64,000 nucleotides of DNA from positions 37,558 through 101,557 of the forward strand of contig JBGTFH010000078.1 in the NCBI GenBank assembly GCA_041747375.1, written 5' to 3'. Source of the stretch: Acidimicrobiia bacterium (lineage in GTDB: Bacteria > Actinomycetota > Acidimicrobiia > Spongiisociales > ZC4RG35). Under the pieces are notes generated by a model, which ran no database searches, was not told the DNA's origin, and saw nothing but the letters and a program-made list of their open reading frames with translations. The position numbers and the translations under genes are program-made. Shown here in pieces: positions 35,964 to 45,247 of this stretch (position 1 is the first letter of the stretch; each line of letters opens with the position of its first letter).

Positions 35964-36842
35964 CTACCGTTTCGCGTGCCACTCGGAGATCCGCGCCGCC
36001 AGACCGGTGGGGTCGTCGGTCATCGGAAAGTGATTTGCGCCAGGGATGACAATGTCCTGGATGTCGTGGAAGTAGTCACGGAACCTCTCCTGGAAACCGA
36101 ACGGGTCGTTCTTCGCTCCGAACACGGTGAGTACCGGCTTGTCGGAGAGTGTCGTAGCAAGCTGGGTCTCGACCCATGCGAGATAGTCGGTCTCCGTTCG
36201 TGCCGCCGCCATGAGATCGTGGAATCGGGCTCGGGCCGTTCTCCGTTCGAAGCCTCCGAGAAATGCACTGCGCCCGGAAGAGTCGAGATTGCGGCCGACC
36301 CCGAAACGGGTCGAGGTCATGCGCGGTACCAGATTGGTTGCGACGTTCAAAGACTTCACCGCCCTGTTGCCCATCACCCCGAACATGACCCGGAGCGAGG
36401 TCTTGTCGGCCGGCCAGGCAAACGTGTTCACCAGGACAAGGCCGCTTACCACGTCCGGTCTTCTCCCTGCCATCCCGAGCCCGACGCATCCACCCAGGTC
36501 GTGGAGCACCAGCGTTACGTCGGCGAGCTCTAGGTGAGCGACGAACGCCTCGAGGACTCGCGAGTCGGCTTCGAGACTTGCCGGCCCATCTGATTGACCG
36601 GAGAGCCCCGACCCGGGGAAGTCGAGGGTCACCACCCGGAATTCGGGTTGCAACTCGGCGATCAGCTGGCCCCATACGTAGGACCACATGCCATCGTGGA
36701 CCAGGACCAGCACCGGTCCCGTTCCCTCGTCGGTGTACGCGATGGTGTTGCCGTCGACCCGGGTCGTCCGGATCTGGAACGGCCAGACGTCCTGTGGGAG
36801 CCAGTCGGGCCGGTCAATCTTGTTTTGTGTTATTTCTGCCAC
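35964..36842 (-). CDS. alpha/beta hydrolase (haloalkane dehalogenase-like fold)
   Basis: VLVLVHDG oxyanion region and a nucleophile-elbow-like VLHDLGG, 292 aa. Confidence 0.75.
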   Translation of the reverse strand: MAEITQNKIDRPDWLPQDVWPFQIRTTRVDGNTIAYTDEGTGPVLVLVHDGMWSYVWGQLIAELQPEFRVVTLDFPGSGLSGQSDGPASLEADSRVLEAFVAHLELADVTLVLHDLGGCVGLGMAGRRPDVVSGLVLVNTFAWPADKTSLRVMFGVMGNRAVKSLNVATNLVPRMTSTRFGVGRNLDSSGRSAFLGGFERRTARARFHDLMAAARTETDYLAWVETQLATTLSDKPVLTVFGAKNDPFGFQERFRDYFHDIQDIVIPGANHFPMTDDPTGLAARISEWHAKR

Positions 36843-36886
36843 AACAATGTCCTTTGCTCATGGCGGTGATCCACCGCCGGTGCACT

Positions 36887-36932
36887 GGCCTTCCGTCGGA
36901 TTTAGTCGTCTTGGCGGAAGGCCCCTTTTTTT
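36887..36932 (+). terminator. intrinsic-terminator-like hairpin plus T7 run, on the strand opposite to all neighbouring genes
   Basis: GGCCTTCCG (36887-36895) pairs with CGGAAGGCC (36915-36923). The loop is 19 nt. The hairpin is followed by CC and TTTTTTT (36926-36932). A second hairpin GGCGGTG-atc-CACCGCC lies at 36862-36878. Confidence 0.45.
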
Positions 36933-36945
36933 CTCGTCCTGGTTC

Positions 36946-37581
36946 TCAGTGCCGCGATACAGCCACCTCCACTGCCGGCGACAACATCATGGGGACCGTC
37001 ACCCCGAGCAGCCTTTCCAGGTCGGCATCAACGTCGCCGCCCAGCATCGAGGGCAAGCCAGGGGTCTCCACCGAGGCGAACATATAGACGACTATCCCGA
37101 CAACACAGCGGAGGCGCCAGGCAATCTCGTCTGCGCTCAAAGAGGGGATTGCGTGTCCGAATGCCGCGTAGAAGCGCACCTGAGTTTCAGCGAACTGTCG
37201 GCCCATCGTTCGTTCCATGAGCTCGGAGGCCTCCGAATACATCCGGGACACGAAACGGGGCAACGACGGATCCCGGGTTCGAAGCTCCTGAATCAGGCGA
37301 AGGTCTGGAAGCAAGAACGCGGTAAGCAGGTCGACCGTGTCTGGAGTACCCGCCTCTTCCAGCTCATCGAGAAGCATTATTCGCTCCTCATTGAGGGGGG
37401 CGATGATCCGGTCGAGAATTTCGACGAGCAGACCCTCCTTCGAGCCGAAGTGGTAGTTCACGGCGGCGATGTTGACTCCGGCCGCATCGGTCACCTGACG
37501 CAGTGAGGTGTTACTGAACCCCTCACGGGCGAAGAGAACCTCGGCGGTCCGCGCTATCTGCTCTCTGGTGTCCTCGACCAT
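36946..37581 (-). CDS. TetR/AcrR family transcriptional regulator
   Basis: N-terminal HTH region ARTAEVLFAREGFSNTSLRQVTDAAGVNIAAVNYHFGSKEGL. Confidence 0.88.
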   Translation of the reverse strand: MVEDTREQIARTAEVLFAREGFSNTSLRQVTDAAGVNIAAVNYHFGSKEGLLVEILDRIIAPLNEERIMLLDELEEAGTPDTVDLLTAFLLPDLRLIQELRTRDPSLPRFVSRMYSEASELMERTMGRQFAETQVRFYAAFGHAIPSLSADEIAWRLRCVVGIVVYMFASVETPGLPSMLGGDVDADLERLLGVTVPMMLSPAVEVAVSRH

Positions 37582-37617
37582 CTTTCAAACGCTCGTTTCA
37601 AATGTTTGTTTGAAAGA
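37581..37617. promoter_or_regulatory. inverted repeat, candidate TetR operator
   Basis: TCTTTCAAAC (37581-37590) and GTTTGAAAGA (37608-37617) are perfect reverse complements. An inner extra TTTCAAA copy is present. The repeat abuts the TetR start codon, in the divergent region shared with the cyclase gene. Confidence 0.55.
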
Positions 37618-37694
37618 TACGGGATGGTTCGAGAAAAGTCAAACCAGGGTCGTTGACCTCGGGCGGCGAGTTTCCAGACTGTTATCGTCCGAAG

Positions 37695-40505
37695 ATGTCC
37701 GGGCTACCCAAGGGAGTGGTCACTTTCCTATTCACCGATATAGAGGGCAGTACCCGATTGTGGGACGAAAACCCCGAGGCGATGACATCGGCCCTGAACG
37801 AGCACGATCGGATCATCTCGGAGTGCGCCAACAGGAATTCGGGGAAGGTGGTCCGTCCCCGCGGTGAGGGGGACAGTCGATTTGTCGTTTTCGAATCGGC
37901 CGTGGATGGCATAGCTGCTGCGGCCGCCATCCAAGAAGAGCTTCGCAACGCCAGTTGGCCCACGTCGGGGCCGCTAAAGATCCGGATCGCAGTCCATACC
38001 GGGCCTGCGGAGATCATTTCCGAGGACTACTACGGTTCGGCCGTAAATCGAGCCGCGCGACTTCGTTCCATCGGACATGGGGGCCAAACCCTGATATCGG
38101 GAGCGGCATGGGCATTGGCACGACAGGCTCCCCCATCCGGGATCACGGTCACCGATTTGGGGCTCCATCGCCTCAAGGACCTGACCGAGCCAGAGCATGT
38201 CTATCAATTGGATCCCGGCGGCGAGCCGGAGACCTTCCCGGCTCTCACCTCGCTGGACTCGCATCGCAATAATCTTCCGGTGCAGCTCACTGCCTTTGTC
38301 GGCCGTGATCACGACCTCGCCCAGTTGGTCGATCTGATCACCACACACAGGCTGGTCACAGTTTTAGCTACAGGCGGAATGGGGAAGACCAGGCTCGCAC
38401 TCCAGGCGGCGGCCGACTCAGTGGACCACTTTCCCGACGGGGCCTTCTGCGTCGAACTTGCTGCCGTGGATTCAACAGATCAGATCGTCCAATCGATTGC
38501 GCAATCGATTGGGGTACCACTGACGGGCGAACAGTCTGCATTGGATCAATTGCTGGCGTACCTGGGGGTAAAGAAGCTTCTGTTGCTCATGGACAATTTC
38601 GAACATCTCGTCGAAGGGGCTGACATAGTCGATCAGATGCTGCGTCGGGCGCCTGGCATTACATTCCTGACAACCTCGCGCACTCGCCTCAATCTGAGTG
38701 GCGAGTACCTATTCGCCCTAAAGGGATTACAGGTTGGAGATCCTGCCTTGCCAGAGATCAGGGACTCCGACGGTGCTCGTTTGTTCATCGCAACTGCCCG
38801 CCGGGGTCTCCCAGACTTCGTGCTCAGCGATGCCGACGAAGTCCACTTGGAGTCGATTCTCCAATCGGTCCAGGGGACACCTCTGGGAATCCTCCTTGCC
38901 GCGTCCTGGACGAATTTGCTTCCGCTCAGTGAGATAGCAGCAGAGATCAACAAGAGTCTCGACTTTCTCGAAACCGACATGGGCGATCTGGCGGACCGCC
39001 ATCGCAGCATCCGCGCCGTATTCGACTATTCGTGGGCGATGCTCGAGGAGACTGATCGACATGTGTTTGCCGCGTTGTCGGTGTTCAGAGGAGGCTTCAC
39101 CCGCGACGCTGCCACCGCCGTGGCGGGCGCCTCCCTCCGTGACCTGGCCAATCTCGCTAGCAAATCGTTCGTCTCGAGTGACCCGCGTACCGGCAGGTTC
39201 GCTGTGCACGAATTGCTGCGACAGTTCGGCGCTCTCGAACTGATGAAGGATCCTGAGAATTTTCGGGCCAGATCAGACGCTCACGCTCTGTTCTTTTCAC
39301 AGTTCATGGCGGCGGCGTACGACATCATCGGCGAGTCAGATCAGCCGAGAGCGGTTCATATGATGGAAACAGACATCGAAAACCTCCGCTCGGCATGGAG
39401 ATACTTGTTGTCGTCCGGCCAGCCAGACCGGGCGAGGCATTTTGTATTCCCCTTCTGGTTTCTTTACGAGGTTCGAGGCTGGTATCCGGCAGCACTTGAC
39501 TTCTTTGAGACTCCGGTGGTCGAATTGTCCGAACGCGACGACGCATCCTCGAAGCTGGTCGTTGCTGTCAGCATGGCCACCAAGGGATGGTTTGTCTCAC
39601 TTCTCGGGCGGCCCACCGAAGGTGTTGCTCTGGCCAAACCCGCCGCGGAGTTGATCCGATTCGCCGATGACAAACCTGCGCTATCCCAGACCTTCAATGC
39701 GCTCAACCTCGCTGCCATGTACGCCGGTGACCTGGAGTTGTTCCGGATCACTGCCGACGATGGCGTCGAGGTGGCAGAAGCGATCGGCGACCCGTGGATC
39801 ATCAACTCTATGAAAACCTGGCACACCTTCATCGATTTATTGCAAGGGAGAGTCGAGGAGGCGACGAAGGACGCCCGAGGAGCCGACGCCTACTTCGCAG
39901 CATGCGGAGAGATTTGGGGGCGGTCGTTTGCTCTTGCTGCGCTCGCTTCTATCGCGTCCGCCGAGGGCGACTACGCCGAGTCGCTGCGATGCTTCCAAAC
40001 GAGCGCCGATTTGTGTGCGCGATTGGAATACCGGCGTGGTCTGCAATGGGCCCAGGATGGCCTGGGCGACACCGCCCTGGCAATGGGTAACTCGAATCTG
40101 GCAATGGATTACTACCTCGAAAGCCTTGCCATGTCTTTCGACTTGGGACAGACACGGGAGATGCTGGGCGCCCTGGCGCGAATAGCCAACACAAAGCTGG
40201 CGATGGGTACTCCCGCCGATGCCGCGGCGATCCTGACCACGATCATTTCCGACCCGATGAGTTCGCTCCTACTTCCTCTTCATGCGGAGTCCATCCGCCA
40301 GGAGGCTGAGCAGGTCCTAGCCGGACTGGATAAAGAGGTGCGTAGCGTTGGAGAGTCGGCGAACGGCGGAGCTTCTGAACCGACGGCGGAATTGGTAAAA
40401 CGGCTACTCGACGGCAGCCAGGGGAACCATTCTTTTCCCGAATTCGAGCCAGGCCCCGTGGGGTTTGATACACCTTTGCAAGAGCAGGCGCCCATACCGA
40501 TCTAG
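37695..40505 (+). CDS. class III adenylate/guanylate cyclase domain fused to a STAND (NB-ARC-like) ATPase and TPR repeats
   Basis: VVTFLFTDIEGSTRLW, GEGDSRFVVF and YYGSAVNRAARL mark the cyclase domain. P-loop TGGMGKTRLAL. The C-terminal half is a long helical, TPR-like region. I chose ATG 37695. Confidence 0.85.
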   Translation: MSGLPKGVVTFLFTDIEGSTRLWDENPEAMTSALNEHDRIISECANRNSGKVVRPRGEGDSRFVVFESAVDGIAAAAAIQEELRNASWPTSGPLKIRIAVHTGPAEIISEDYYGSAVNRAARLRSIGHGGQTLISGAAWALARQAPPSGITVTDLGLHRLKDLTEPEHVYQLDPGGEPETFPALTSLDSHRNNLPVQLTAFVGRDHDLAQLVDLITTHRLVTVLATGGMGKTRLALQAAADSVDHFPDGAFCVELAAVDSTDQIVQSIAQSIGVPLTGEQSALDQLLAYLGVKKLLLLMDNFEHLVEGADIVDQMLRRAPGITFLTTSRTRLNLSGEYLFALKGLQVGDPALPEIRDSDGARLFIATARRGLPDFVLSDADEVHLESILQSVQGTPLGILLAASWTNLLPLSEIAAEINKSLDFLETDMGDLADRHRSIRAVFDYSWAMLEETDRHVFAALSVFRGGFTRDAATAVAGASLRDLANLASKSFVSSDPRTGRFAVHELLRQFGALELMKDPENFRARSDAHALFFSQFMAAAYDIIGESDQPRAVHMMETDIENLRSAWRYLLSSGQPDRARHFVFPFWFLYEVRGWYPAALDFFETPVVELSERDDASSKLVVAVSMATKGWFVSLLGRPTEGVALAKPAAELIRFADDKPALSQTFNALNLAAMYAGDLELFRITADDGVEVAEAIGDPWIINSMKTWHTFIDLLQGRVEEATKDARGADAYFAACGEIWGRSFALAALASIASAEGDYAESLRCFQTSADLCARLEYRRGLQWAQDGLGDTALAMGNSNLAMDYYLESLAMSFDLGQTREMLGALARIANTKLAMGTPADAAAILTTIISDPMSSLLLPLHAESIRQEAEQVLAGLDKEVRSVGESANGGASEPTAELVKRLLDGSQGNHSFPEFEPGPVGFDTPLQEQAPIPI

Positions 40506-40545
40506 GTAGGGTGTGGACCATGTCTTGCCAGTGTCAGAGCAGCAC

Positions 40546-41517
40546 ATGAATCGAAGACCCCTCGGCGCCCGGAGTGGCATCGACGTGTCCGAGGTCGGCA
40601 TCGGGCTATGGGCGGTTTCCGCCAGCGAATGGGGTCCGGCCGACGACGAAGACAGTCTCGATGCGATCGAGGCGGCTTTGGGGTTGGGCGTCAACTTCTT
40701 CGACACCGCCGACGTCTATGGAGCCGGGCACTCGGAGGAGCTACTGGGCAAGGCTATGAAGGGGCGGCGCGACTCGTTCGTGGTCGCTACCAAGATCGGT
40801 TGGATCGACTTTGACCGCGAGGCCGACCGGTCCCAGTACGACACCGTCGACAGCCTGGTGGCCGGTGTGGAGCAGTCGCTGCGCCGACTCGCCACCGACT
40901 ACGTCGACGTCATCCAGTGTCACATCAACCATACGGAGCAAAATTCGTCGGTATTCATCGAGGGATTCCGGAGTCTGAAAGAGGCGGGAAAGGTGAAGGC
41001 ATGGGGGGTCAGCACCAGCGATCCGGACCATCTACGCCAGTTCAACGCCGGGGGTGACTGCGATGTCCTCCAGACCGACTACTCGATACTCAATCGCACC
41101 GCCGAGAAGGAGTTGCTCCCCTACTGCGCCGACAACGGGATCGGGGTGATCGTGCGGGGGCCACTCGCAATGGGATTGCTGACCGGCAAGTACTCGGCCG
41201 ACGACACGTTCCCGGAGGGAGATTTTCGTCGAGCCTGGATCGACGATCCAATCCAACACGAGCAATACCTCAGCGACCTGGCAGTGGTGGACGACTTGAG
41301 GGAGGTAGTACCTGACGGGGAGACAATGGCCCAGTTCGCTTTGCGTTTTGTCCTCAGCAATCCAGCGGTGAGCACGGTGATTCCCGGTGCTCGCAATCGC
41401 CACCAAGCAGAGGCGAACTCGACGGCCGGACTCAAACCACCACTGTCCGATCACGAGAGAGAATCTGTTGATCGTCTCGTCCCCCCGGGCGGAGGCCGGA
41501 AGATCTGGCCCGCCTGA
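40546..41517 (+). CDS. aldo/keto reductase
   Basis: FFDTADVYGAGHSEELLG and the overall AKR pattern. I chose ATG 40546. Confidence 0.85.
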   Translation: MNRRPLGARSGIDVSEVGIGLWAVSASEWGPADDEDSLDAIEAALGLGVNFFDTADVYGAGHSEELLGKAMKGRRDSFVVATKIGWIDFDREADRSQYDTVDSLVAGVEQSLRRLATDYVDVIQCHINHTEQNSSVFIEGFRSLKEAGKVKAWGVSTSDPDHLRQFNAGGDCDVLQTDYSILNRTAEKELLPYCADNGIGVIVRGPLAMGLLTGKYSADDTFPEGDFRRAWIDDPIQHEQYLSDLAVVDDLREVVPDGETMAQFALRFVLSNPAVSTVIPGARNRHQAEANSTAGLKPPLSDHERESVDRLVPPGGGRKIWPA

Positions 41518-41784
41518 AACCGGTTCGGGCATCACAACCACGGCCCGCCTGAGCGGCCTGAATGGCGACTCTCTAGTTCGGCCGAACTGGGAAGGCGGCC
41601 TGCCTCTACCGATTCGGGTCGACATCGTCGTCGTCAGCGATCAGGGACTTCCGGTTCGCCGTTGGGAGACCCAAAGTTGTCTTCCACTTTTTGGTGTCCG
41701 GTTACCAAACGTGCCCGACGCTGTCATCTAGGCGACCTACGTTCATGGTGTTTCAGAATCAATTCAGTGAAAGGTGAGACATAG

Positions 41785-44193
41785 ATGCGTCTCCGGAACA
41801 GTATCGGGTTGTTGTCAGTCGTTGCCATGACATCCGCGGTGGTTGCAGCCCCAGTCCAGGCCTCGGCACAACAACATGGAAATCCACCTAGTTTCAACCA
41901 CGTAGCCACCTTCGACGTCCGTGAGAATGCGGGAAGCCAGGTTTCCGAGATCGTCGCGGCAACCAGCAACGGAAAAATCCTTGCCTACACCGACTCGGCT
42001 TCCGAACTGATTGGCCTGGTTGACATCGCCGATCCATCGGCTCCGAGCGCTCTGGGTACCGTCGCTATGGGAGGCGAGCCCACCAGTGTCTCCATCAAGG
42101 GAACCTATGCCCTGGTTGGTGTTAACACCTCGACGGTCAGTGAGGTCGCTTGCCTGGATGACGGCGACGCTTCTGAGGTTTCCTATATTTCGGAATGGTC
42201 CGGAGAGCTAGCGATCGTCGATGTCGAAGCTCAGACGGTGATCCGGACTCTGGCACTTCCCGGACAGCCCGACTCAGTGGCGATTTCCCCCGATGGTCGG
42301 TTCGCCGCAATTGCAATCGAGAACGAGCGCAACGAAGAAGTTAGCGATGGCTTGATACCCCAGGGCGGCGACACTGACGGCGCCGACGTTCCTCCGGATA
42401 CCGATTGCGGCGACGTCGAGTTGACTGCCACCGGCGTTCCCGTACCCGGGTCGTTGGTGATAGTTGACCTGAGGCAAGGGCCGAATTCATGGTCGACGCG
42501 GGTGGTTGATCTGACCGGAGTAGCCGATTTCGCTCCGAGCGATCCGGAGCCCGAGTTCGTCGACATCAACGCGCAAAACCAGGCCGTCCTCACGCTGCAG
42601 GAAAACAACCATATCGCTGTGGTGAATCTGAAAAACGGTCAAATCGTCAGGGACTTCTCGGCCGGTTCGACAACTCTCACCAACCTCGACATCACCGAGG
42701 ACGGGTTGGGTCCTCAGGAGACCGGGTTGATCAATTTCACGGAAGGCCCAACGGTCAGAAGGCGTGAGCCCGACTCGGTGACGTGGCTTCCGGGAAACCT
42801 GATCGGTACCGCCAACGAGGGTGACTACGAAGATGCGTCCGGAATCGAAGGGGGCAGCCGAGGCTTCACCGTTTTCACTCTGGGTGGAACCGTGAGATTC
42901 GATTCGGGCATGTCCTTCGAATACGCATCGGCGAGCGCCGGTCATTACAACGAGGCGCGGTCGGAAAACAAGGGTGGTGAGCCGGAATCGATCGAGTACG
43001 GAGAATTCAACGGATCACAGCTCCTTTTCGTCGGGGCGGAACGGGCAAATGTGGTAGGTGTTTACCATGTCGGCCCCGGCAGCGGCCGACCTGAGCTTCT
43101 CCAGACGTTGCCAACAGGTATCGGTCCGGAGGGTTTACTCGCTATCCCGAGCCGCAACCTGTTGGTTGCCGCCAACGAGACCTCTGAGGGCGACATCCCG
43201 GCAATGATTACCATCTACCAGGGGGATCATCGGGTTGCGGCATCGTATCCGGGGCTCTACAGCTCGAACAGCGCCGATGGCACCCCAATACCCTGGGTGG
43301 CGATGTCTGGCTTAGCGGGCGATCCGTCGGATGCCGACACGATCTTCGGTGTGAGTGATTCTTACCTTGCCAATGGGTTTGTCTATCCAATTGGAATCTC
43401 AGGGGCGAAAGGCGTCATCACAGATCGAATCGAAGTCACCGACCCGAACGGCGTGACCAACTGGGTGAAGGGGTTCTTCCCCGATTTCGAAGGCATCGCC
43501 GTCGCACCGGAAGGAGGCTTCTGGATGGCCTCCGAAGGCCGGGTCGGCGATCGACCTGACGCCATCATTCGCACCGATCCCTCAGGTGTCGTCTTGGAGT
43601 CGATCGAACTGCCTGCTGACCTCGTGGCCGGCGCCACGAGCAGCGGCTTCGAGGGCGTCGCCGTGACTGGAAGCGGCGGATCAACAGAGTTCGTCTACGC
43701 AGTGGTCCAAAGAGAATGGGGCGCTGGTACAGGTGGTGTGCTTGCCGATCCAGCGAACACGGTCAAAATCGCCCGATGGGACGGATCTGAGTGGGCATTT
43801 GTTTCGTACCCGAAGAGCGCACCCGTAGCAGCGGGGTGGGTCGGGCTCTCAGAGATCACTCTTCTCCCCGACGGGCAGTTCGCGATCATCGAGCGGGACA
43901 ATCAGCTCGGGAACGATGCGATCTACAAGCAGGTGTACACGGTCGATCTTGCTGGTGCCTCGTTCACAACCGACTTGACGACGCCATTGCCCGTCGTCGC
44001 GAAGACCCTGTTGGTCGATGTACTCGATCAACTCGCCAACAACAGTGTCTTGGTCCCCGACAAGTTGGAGGGCTTCTCGGTCAGTGGGCCAGAAGCCACC
44101 GTTCACATCGTCACCGACAACGACGGTCTCGACGAGGCGCTAGGCCAAACAGTCTTCCTCCGGCTGGGCCTACTCGCCGAACTCGACGACTGA
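41785..44193 (+). CDS. large secreted beta-propeller-type protein (choice-of-anchor-I-like N-terminal half, phytase-like esterase C-terminal half)
   Basis: RBS GAAAGGTGAG and signal peptide ...AAPVQASA. The N-terminal half resembles LVIVD / choice-of-anchor-I propellers. The C-terminal half (FEGIAV..., LEGFSV) resembles the 'esterase-like activity of phytase' family. Family assignments are from recollection. Confidence 0.6.
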   Translation: MRLRNSIGLLSVVAMTSAVVAAPVQASAQQHGNPPSFNHVATFDVRENAGSQVSEIVAATSNGKILAYTDSASELIGLVDIADPSAPSALGTVAMGGEPTSVSIKGTYALVGVNTSTVSEVACLDDGDASEVSYISEWSGELAIVDVEAQTVIRTLALPGQPDSVAISPDGRFAAIAIENERNEEVSDGLIPQGGDTDGADVPPDTDCGDVELTATGVPVPGSLVIVDLRQGPNSWSTRVVDLTGVADFAPSDPEPEFVDINAQNQAVLTLQENNHIAVVNLKNGQIVRDFSAGSTTLTNLDITEDGLGPQETGLINFTEGPTVRRREPDSVTWLPGNLIGTANEGDYEDASGIEGGSRGFTVFTLGGTVRFDSGMSFEYASASAGHYNEARSENKGGEPESIEYGEFNGSQLLFVGAERANVVGVYHVGPGSGRPELLQTLPTGIGPEGLLAIPSRNLLVAANETSEGDIPAMITIYQGDHRVAASYPGLYSSNSADGTPIPWVAMSGLAGDPSDADTIFGVSDSYLANGFVYPIGISGAKGVITDRIEVTDPNGVTNWVKGFFPDFEGIAVAPEGGFWMASEGRVGDRPDAIIRTDPSGVVLESIELPADLVAGATSSGFEGVAVTGSGGSTEFVYAVVQREWGAGTGGVLADPANTVKIARWDGSEWAFVSYPKSAPVAAGWVGLSEITLLPDGQFAIIERDNQLGNDAIYKQVYTVDLAGASFTTDLTTPLPVVAKTLLVDVLDQLANNSVLVPDKLEGFSVSGPEATVHIVTDNDGLDEALGQTVFLRLGLLAELDD

Positions 44194-44204
44194 TCCAAAG
44201 GACT

Positions 44205-44234
44205 CCGGCCCGGCGTCGACGAACGCCGGGCCGG
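44205..44234 (+). terminator. GC-rich terminator-like hairpin
   Basis: CCGGCCCGGCG (44205-44215), loop tcgacgaa, CGCCGGGCCGG (44224-44234). It begins 12 nt after the stop at 44193. There is no U-tract, as is common in high-GC actinobacteria. Confidence 0.5.
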
Positions 44235-44476
44235 GCAAGTGTTCTGCGCAAGCCAGCCTCAACCCATACTCTCTGACTACGAGAGAGCGATTGCGTGGAT
44301 CGTTCCGTTGTTCCAAGCGGGGTCGAAGGATTCGCCGGCCTGAGAAAGCCGACCAGTTCATGACTTGTGGCAGAACGATCTGGTGTTGGCTCTAGGATCA
44401 GCGACCGAATAACCGGAGAAGGATCCAGTGCAGGTACGAGAAATCAGTCCGATTCCGGGCGCGTCTAGGTCACTCG

Positions 44477-45247
44477 ATGCGTCTTCGAGATAAATCGGTC
44501 CTGGTGACCGGTGCCACGGGTATTGCGGCGGCCGCGGCGCATCGATTCGTCGAAGAGGGCGCTCATGTCTTTGTGGTGTCGCTCAACGAAAGTGATTGCG
44601 TTGCCCTCGCCGCTTCGACGCGGCTCGAAGGGTGGGCGAGGGCCGATCTCACCGACGAAGCTGGCGCGGTGGCAGCAGTTCTATCGGCGTCTGAGGCACT
44701 TGGCCAGATCGATGGACTTTTCGCCGTGGCCGGAGGAAGCGGGCGCTCCGCGGGAGACGGACCCCTTCACGAGGTGCCGTTATCGGGGTGGGAGGAGACG
44801 ATTTCGCGCAACCTGACTACGACCTTCCTCGCTGCCAGGGAGACAGTCAGAGCAATGCTGCTAACTGGCGAAGGCGGCTCGCTCGTCTTCGTGACCAGTG
44901 TTCTCGCTTCGAGACCGTCCCCGCTATTCGCCACACACGCCTACGCCGCGGCAAAAGGTGCCCAGGTCTCCCTGATGACGGCGATGGCAGCCCACTACGC
45001 GCCGGAGCGGATCCGGGTCAACGCGGTGGCCCCTGCCCTGGTCAGGACTCCGATGTCGGAGCGGGCCTACAACGACGAGGGCAGTCGCAATTACGCAGAG
45101 ATTAAACAGCCCCTGGTTTCCGGGTTCCTCGAGCCTGAGGACGTGGTGGACGCGGCCACATTTCTCCTCGCAGACGAGTCGCGGGGCGTGACCGGACAGG
45201 TTCTCGGCGTCGACGGGGGTTGGGCAGTGTCGGAACCTCCCGGATGA
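44477..45247 (+). CDS. SDR family oxidoreductase
   Basis: VLVTGATGIAAAAA cofactor motif and the catalytic YAAAK motif. Confidence 0.85.
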   Translation: MRLRDKSVLVTGATGIAAAAAHRFVEEGAHVFVVSLNESDCVALAASTRLEGWARADLTDEAGAVAAVLSASEALGQIDGLFAVAGGSGRSAGDGPLHEVPLSGWEETISRNLTTTFLAARETVRAMLLTGEGGSLVFVTSVLASRPSPLFATHAYAAAKGAQVSLMTAMAAHYAPERIRVNAVAPALVRTPMSERAYNDEGSRNYAEIKQPLVSGFLEPEDVVDAATFLLADESRGVTGQVLGVDGGWAVSEPPG

